From Patescibacteria group bacterium (GTDB lineage: Bacteria > Patescibacteriota > UBA1384 > UBA12157 > JAENIV01), in contig JBEKTP010000003.1 of the NCBI GenBank assembly GCA_049515915.1, positions 735 through 64,734 on the forward strand: 64,000 bases of DNA, given 5' to 3'. The stretch's first letter is position 1. Each line of letters begins with the position of its first letter. Position numbers and translations under genes: made by a program. The notes below the pieces were generated by a model. That model made no database searches. It was not told where the DNA came from and saw only the letters and a list, made by a program, of their open reading frames with translations. Shown here one piece after another: positions 60,264 through 64,000 of the stretch.

Positions 60264-60998
60264 ATGAGGAAGAGAGCAGGGCTGTTGATGTTGCTGGCAG
60301 TGGTTGTTGGTCTGACGATGATACTGGCGGGCTGCGGCGGACACTCGTCGGCGGCGGCGCTGGTGGCCAAATCCGGTGTGACGGCCGAACCTCCGGAAGG
60401 CGCTCCGAGGACGCCATTCAGCCAGGTCAGGACATCAGCCGATGATTCGAATTCGGGGAATTTGGCGCAGTCAGCGAAGGTGGCCAAGATAGCATCTACT
60501 ACTGAAGCCGCGCAGGCTCTCGACCACTTCACGGTTTCGTTGTACGGACTTTCGAGTATGAACGGAGATTCCGAAATAACCGCGCCGCCGGGGTGTGTGA
60601 TCTTTCCATGGATTCATGTGAGAAACATGGGAACCGTGCCAATCACGGGGATCAAGATCGCGATCCGTTCTAATCCCGCCATCACGGTGGCTTATCCGGA
60701 TGATCCTTTCAACAAGAAGTTCATTAAGGCTTTGACGACGTCAGGGGTACCACTTCTCGATGGGCAAACCCGGAAGAATACCATTGGACCGTACAACTCG
60801 AAGTACTATCGGCAAGGTGCCGAAGCAATTTGGTCAGCGCTTGTTGCCGGGCCCAGTGGTGTTGAGGGCGTGATGCCAATTCAGCTGAGCAAACATCTGA
60901 TGCCGGGTACAGACGAACAGCTCCGGTTTACTCTGATCTATAAAGGAGCTGAGAAGGTCGTAGCGGTGGCGACGGTACACGTGATGCACCCAGAATAG
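60264..60998 (+). CDS. Putative lipoprotein (GC-rich unit)
   Basis: MRKR, a hydrophobic stretch and an LAGC lipobox. Confidence 0.8.
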   Translation: MRKRAGLLMLLAVVVGLTMILAGCGGHSSAAALVAKSGVTAEPPEGAPRTPFSQVRTSADDSNSGNLAQSAKVAKIASTTEAAQALDHFTVSLYGLSSMNGDSEITAPPGCVIFPWIHVRNMGTVPITGIKIAIRSNPAITVAYPDDPFNKKFIKALTTSGVPLLDGQTRKNTIGPYNSKYYRQGAEAIWSALVAGPSGVEGVMPIQLSKHLMPGTDEQLRFTLIYKGAEKVVAVATVHVMHPE

Positions 60999-61035
60999 CG
61001 AACACTTCGTCGTGACGTGACACGTTGCGGATCGA

Positions 61036-61094
61036 ACTCGGCGGGCTTTAGCCCGCCAGACGAGCTCTGGGATTTCCCGGAGCTCGTTTTCGTT
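61036..61094 (+). repeat. Shared 3' double-hairpin/terminator module B, copy 2
   Basis: Matches 59628-59687. Confidence 0.92.
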
Positions 61095-61184
61095 TATCTA
61101 AATTATTATTATGACAGCAATTCTTGTTAATTTCTCGAACTTGTGTTACAATGCGACCAGTTCTTGCACATCAAGGAGAGCGTC

Positions 61185-61457
61185 ATGGAAAGCGGTACGG
61201 CGAAGACGTTAGGAGTTATTTCAGTTGTACTGGGGGCGCTAACAGCCGGTGTCGAAGTGATTGGCGGGCTTTGCTGCGGCTGGATTGTCTGGCCGTTGGC
61301 GATTGCCGCCATCATCCTGGGCATTCTGGCGTGGACCAGCGCCCGGGGCGACCAGACGGCCGCGACTCTGGGCAAGATCGGGATCTGCTTGAGTTTAATC
61401 GTCCCTATCTGGCAGCTGCTGACCGCCACGATCCTGGCCGGTCTTATCCATCGGTAG
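61185..61457 (+). CDS. Small membrane protein (DUF4190-like)
   Basis: AAGGAG SD and AIILGILA...A.LGKIGI.L pattern. Confidence 0.7.
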   Translation: MESGTAKTLGVISVVLGALTAGVEVIGGLCCGWIVWPLAIAAIILGILAWTSARGDQTAATLGKIGICLSLIVPIWQLLTATILAGLIHR

Positions 61458-61460
61458 TCA

Positions 61461-61796
61461 GTGATGGATGCGTCAGTCAGGCAAGGTCTGAAAGCGTCAT
61501 TCCTGATCATCGCCGCTATGATGGCGGCAATGATCGGAAGAAGCTTCCTCCTAAACAGCTTTGATCCGCACCTCGCAGTTCTCTCGCGAATTGCACCGAC
61601 AGTGCCGGGTCACCACTGCTTGCTCTGCGGTATGACTCACAGTTTTATGGCCATTTCGCGGGGTGACTTTGGCCAGGCGGTTGCCGCTAATCCCGGCGGC
61701 CCAATGCTGTACTTTTTCTTTTGTCTGGCGGCGGTTGGCGGTCTCGTCGTAATCTTTCGAGATTACATCACTCGCCACCACCGCCACAAGGCCTGA
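61461..61796 (+). CDS. DUF2752-like membrane protein
   Basis: CLLCGMTHS......GD...A...NP motif. Confidence 0.8.
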   Translation: MMDASVRQGLKASFLIIAAMMAAMIGRSFLLNSFDPHLAVLSRIAPTVPGHHCLLCGMTHSFMAISRGDFGQAVAANPGGPMLYFFFCLAAVGGLVVIFRDYITRHHRHKA

Positions 61797-61910
61797 CCGG
61801 CAACAGTCAGGCCTGCTGTTTTAAATTAAACATTAAAGGCACGAAATGTTTCCTTGACATCCTTAAAAAAGAAGAATATATTAAAGGGTCTCATCAAGGA
61901 GGTGAGAATA

Positions 61911-62180
61911 ATGGCCATTCGGCTTGAGCCAGTTGTTGTCGAGCATGCGTGCAATCTTGCGCGTCTCATCCGAGTGATTCATCACAAGTCAAAAACACAG
62001 GACGAAATCCAGGCGAAGTTCGAAGTCTATTTTCGTCGAGTGGCTGATGAGCTTGAAGCACTGGGTGAATCGCCCGACAAAGCCGCCGAGATGGCCCTGG
62101 CGGCAATCAGTGTACTTTTGGACGAGATGAACAAACGCGTCGTAACTAAGGAGGAGAGCAATCAGAGCCCAAGCGCATAG
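61911..62180 (+). CDS. Hypothetical protein (GC-rich unit)
   Basis: TTGACA-17-TATATT promoter and AAGGAGGTG SD. Confidence 0.75.
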   Translation: MAIRLEPVVVEHACNLARLIRVIHHKSKTQDEIQAKFEVYFRRVADELEALGESPDKAAEMALAAISVLLDEMNKRVVTKEESNQSPSA

Positions 62181-62346
62181 CAAGGGCTCTGCTGTTTAAT
62201 AAAAAATAGTTTGTTAAGCCATTGACTTTTAGATAGTTTTATGGTATAGTTGGGAGTATTTTGAGAATAAGCCAGGCGTCGCCTGACCTCAAAAACACCA
62301 TCCCCGCCTAGCGGGGAGAAACTTGAAAACATAGGAGGAGCCCGCG

Positions 62347-62616
62347 ATGCGGATCTTAGTAGGAATTTGGTGCTACGTCATCGCGATAGCTTTTGTCGCT
62401 ATAATCTGGTACACAATTCCGATGATTATCGGCGACTTCGTTGACTATCGCGTGATGGGGCGATGGATTGATTTGTTCGGCGCCATCTTGGGTATTGTCC
62501 TTGTCGTAGTGCTGATAGCCGCAGCAACGTTTCTTTTCGTTTTGCCCTGGAAACCAGCTGTGATTAAGTTTGTGGTTGACTTGGATCCATCCGATACAGA
62601 AAGGGAAACTAAGTGA
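62347..62616 (+). CDS. Two-TM hypothetical protein (GC-rich unit)
   Basis: TTGACT-17-TATAGT promoter and AGGAGG SD. Confidence 0.7.
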   Translation: MRILVGIWCYVIAIAFVAIIWYTIPMIIGDFVDYRVMGRWIDLFGAILGIVLVVVLIAAATFLFVLPWKPAVIKFVVDLDPSDTERETK

Positions 62617-63140
62617 TCGAACGTTTGATGGCGATTGAAGATCCGGAAGAACAGGGCCGACTATGGGAATTCTATGACAGGATTTTCGGGCCGGTCAACG
62701 AGCTCACGCCTATCATTCAGACCTTTCCGAAGGCGAACCTCATCGGTTTTCTGGCGAGTTCGCGCGTGGTGAAGTTCGTTGTTCGTGAGGAAGGTGAAAT
62801 CGTCGCTCTGGCGATCATCGCTGATCCCGAAGAGTGGGACAGCTGGCTTTCGCCGGCGTATTTCGCCAAGAACTACCCAGGGAAGATCGTCTTCCACATC
62901 CCCGTCATCGCTATCGCGCCAGAAAAGCGCGGCAGTCTGTTGGCGGTCCGACTGGTGAAGGCGCTGATTAACGAAGCGCCTGCGAACGCGGTCGTCACTC
63001 TGACTCACTCCGAGCTGGTTAATCCACTTATGCTCAAGCTTGTTCAAGCCACCGGCGTGATGGATTACGCGGAGGGTGGGAAGATTGACGCCGAAGCCTG
63101 CCTCGTCTTTCAATGGAAAGACGGGAAGGTGCGAATCTAA
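62613..63140 (+). CDS. GNAT-fold protein (GC-rich unit)
   Basis: IAIAPEKRGSLLAVRLV resembles acetyl-CoA motif A. GTGA overlap with the upstream gene and a GGGGCTGAATG/CATTCAGCCCC hairpin after the stop. Confidence 0.7.
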   Translation: MIERLMAIEDPEEQGRLWEFYDRIFGPVNELTPIIQTFPKANLIGFLASSRVVKFVVREEGEIVALAIIADPEEWDSWLSPAYFAKNYPGKIVFHIPVIAIAPEKRGSLLAVRLVKALINEAPANAVVTLTHSELVNPLMLKLVQATGVMDYAEGGKIDAEACLVFQWKDGKVRI

Positions 63141-63210
63141 GGGGCTGAATGTTACCATTCAGCCCCAAAAATTTTGAAATAAATCATTAAATAAACTACA
63201 ATAAACTCAC

Positions 63211-63714
63211 ATGGCACAGAATAAAGAAAAAACAATTAGTATTACTAGCGGGACAGGTGAAGGTCAAACGAAACTGTCTGCTTTTGATGCAGCTTTATGG
63301 GATGCCGGAATTGCGAATTTTAATTTAATTAAATTGTCCTCGATTATTCCTTTAGGAGTAAAAGTCAAGGTACAGCATCTTAAAAACAATGGCCAAGGTG
63401 GCTTTGGCGATAAACTTTATATTGTTTTAGCGGAAAAAAGGGAAAGCGAAAGAGGCAGGGAAGCTTGGGCCGGCATTGGTTGGGTGCAGGCCAAGGATGG
63501 TCGTGGCTTATTTGTCGAACATGAAGGCTCTCAACAAGCCGAAGTAATGCGTCTAATCAAAGAAACTCTATCTGATATGATTAAATATCGTAAAGAAAAA
63601 TATGGTGAAATTCATTATCATGTAGTTGGTGTTCGCTGTGAAAATAAACCAGTCTGTGCGGTTGTTTCTGCCGTTTATCAAGCCGAGAGCTGGAAAAAAA
63701 TGTTTTGCGAATAA
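63211..63714 (+). CDS. Pyruvoyl-dependent arginine decarboxylase (PdaD family)
   Basis: G.G.T.LSAFD.AL.DAGI.NFNLIKLSSIIP with the Ser-Ser cleavage site. Confidence 0.9.
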   Translation: MAQNKEKTISITSGTGEGQTKLSAFDAALWDAGIANFNLIKLSSIIPLGVKVKVQHLKNNGQGGFGDKLYIVLAEKRESERGREAWAGIGWVQAKDGRGLFVEHEGSQQAEVMRLIKETLSDMIKYRKEKYGEIHYHVVGVRCENKPVCAVVSAVYQAESWKKMFCE

Positions 63715-63838
63715 TCAAGAGTCTCATAAATTTATTTGACTATTTTTAGTGCTCTTTTTTCTGCTATAATTAAATTAGACAGAATAAAAACCAATGAATA
63801 TTTTAGTAATTTATAAGTTGTGAGTAAGTGCTTGTTAG

Positions 63839-64000
63839 ATGAGGAATGAACTACATTGGAGGTCTAAAATAACTGTTAAAACTGAGACTAGATCAATTGC
63901 AATAAGAAAATTATCTTTAGCTGATATTCCAGAAATGTTAATGGTTGAAAAGTTGGCTTGGCCTGATTCCAAACAGCAATTTTCAAAAGAAAACTTTAAA
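63839..64000 (+). CDS. Probable GNAT acetyltransferase, 5' part only
   Basis: Open frame ...IRKLSLADIPEMLMVEKLAWP... running off the window. Confidence 0.55.
   Translation, partial: MRNELHWRSKITVKTETRSIAIRKLSLADIPEMLMVEKLAWPDSKQQFSKENFK

Overview
This is a 64-kb chromosomal segment of a small-genome bacterium using genetic code 11. Gene content and intergenic style suggest Patescibacteria/CPR, which is an inference. The AT-rich backbone carries housekeeping genes: pyrG, a phosphomannomutase, trpS, groES/EL, efp, rpsF-ssb-rpsR, ychF, guaB, a Xer recombinase, ndk, tmk, dnaE, rpmA, rplS, gltX, aspS, tRNA-Gln and tRNA-Glu. It also carries envelope, redox and signalling genes, an ECF sigma/DUF5666/MacB-ABC module and one IS481-like element. 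The most striking pattern is about 18 short GC-rich units of 1-3 mostly orphan genes scattered between backbone genes. Most have their own AT-rich sigma70 promoter, a strong Shine-Dalgarno site and a GC-rich terminator. The GC shift tracks the predicted transcript, and two pairs of units share near-identical 3' double-hairpin modules despite very different proteins. Other notable items are four copies of an ECF promoter motif, a rod-shaped 6S-like RNA candidate, a DUF3800 gene with an abutting hairpin RNA, a divergent pyrF-X-pyrE unit, a 144-bp in-frame insert in the Xer gene, and REP-like repeats embedded in frame in ssb and rpsF.
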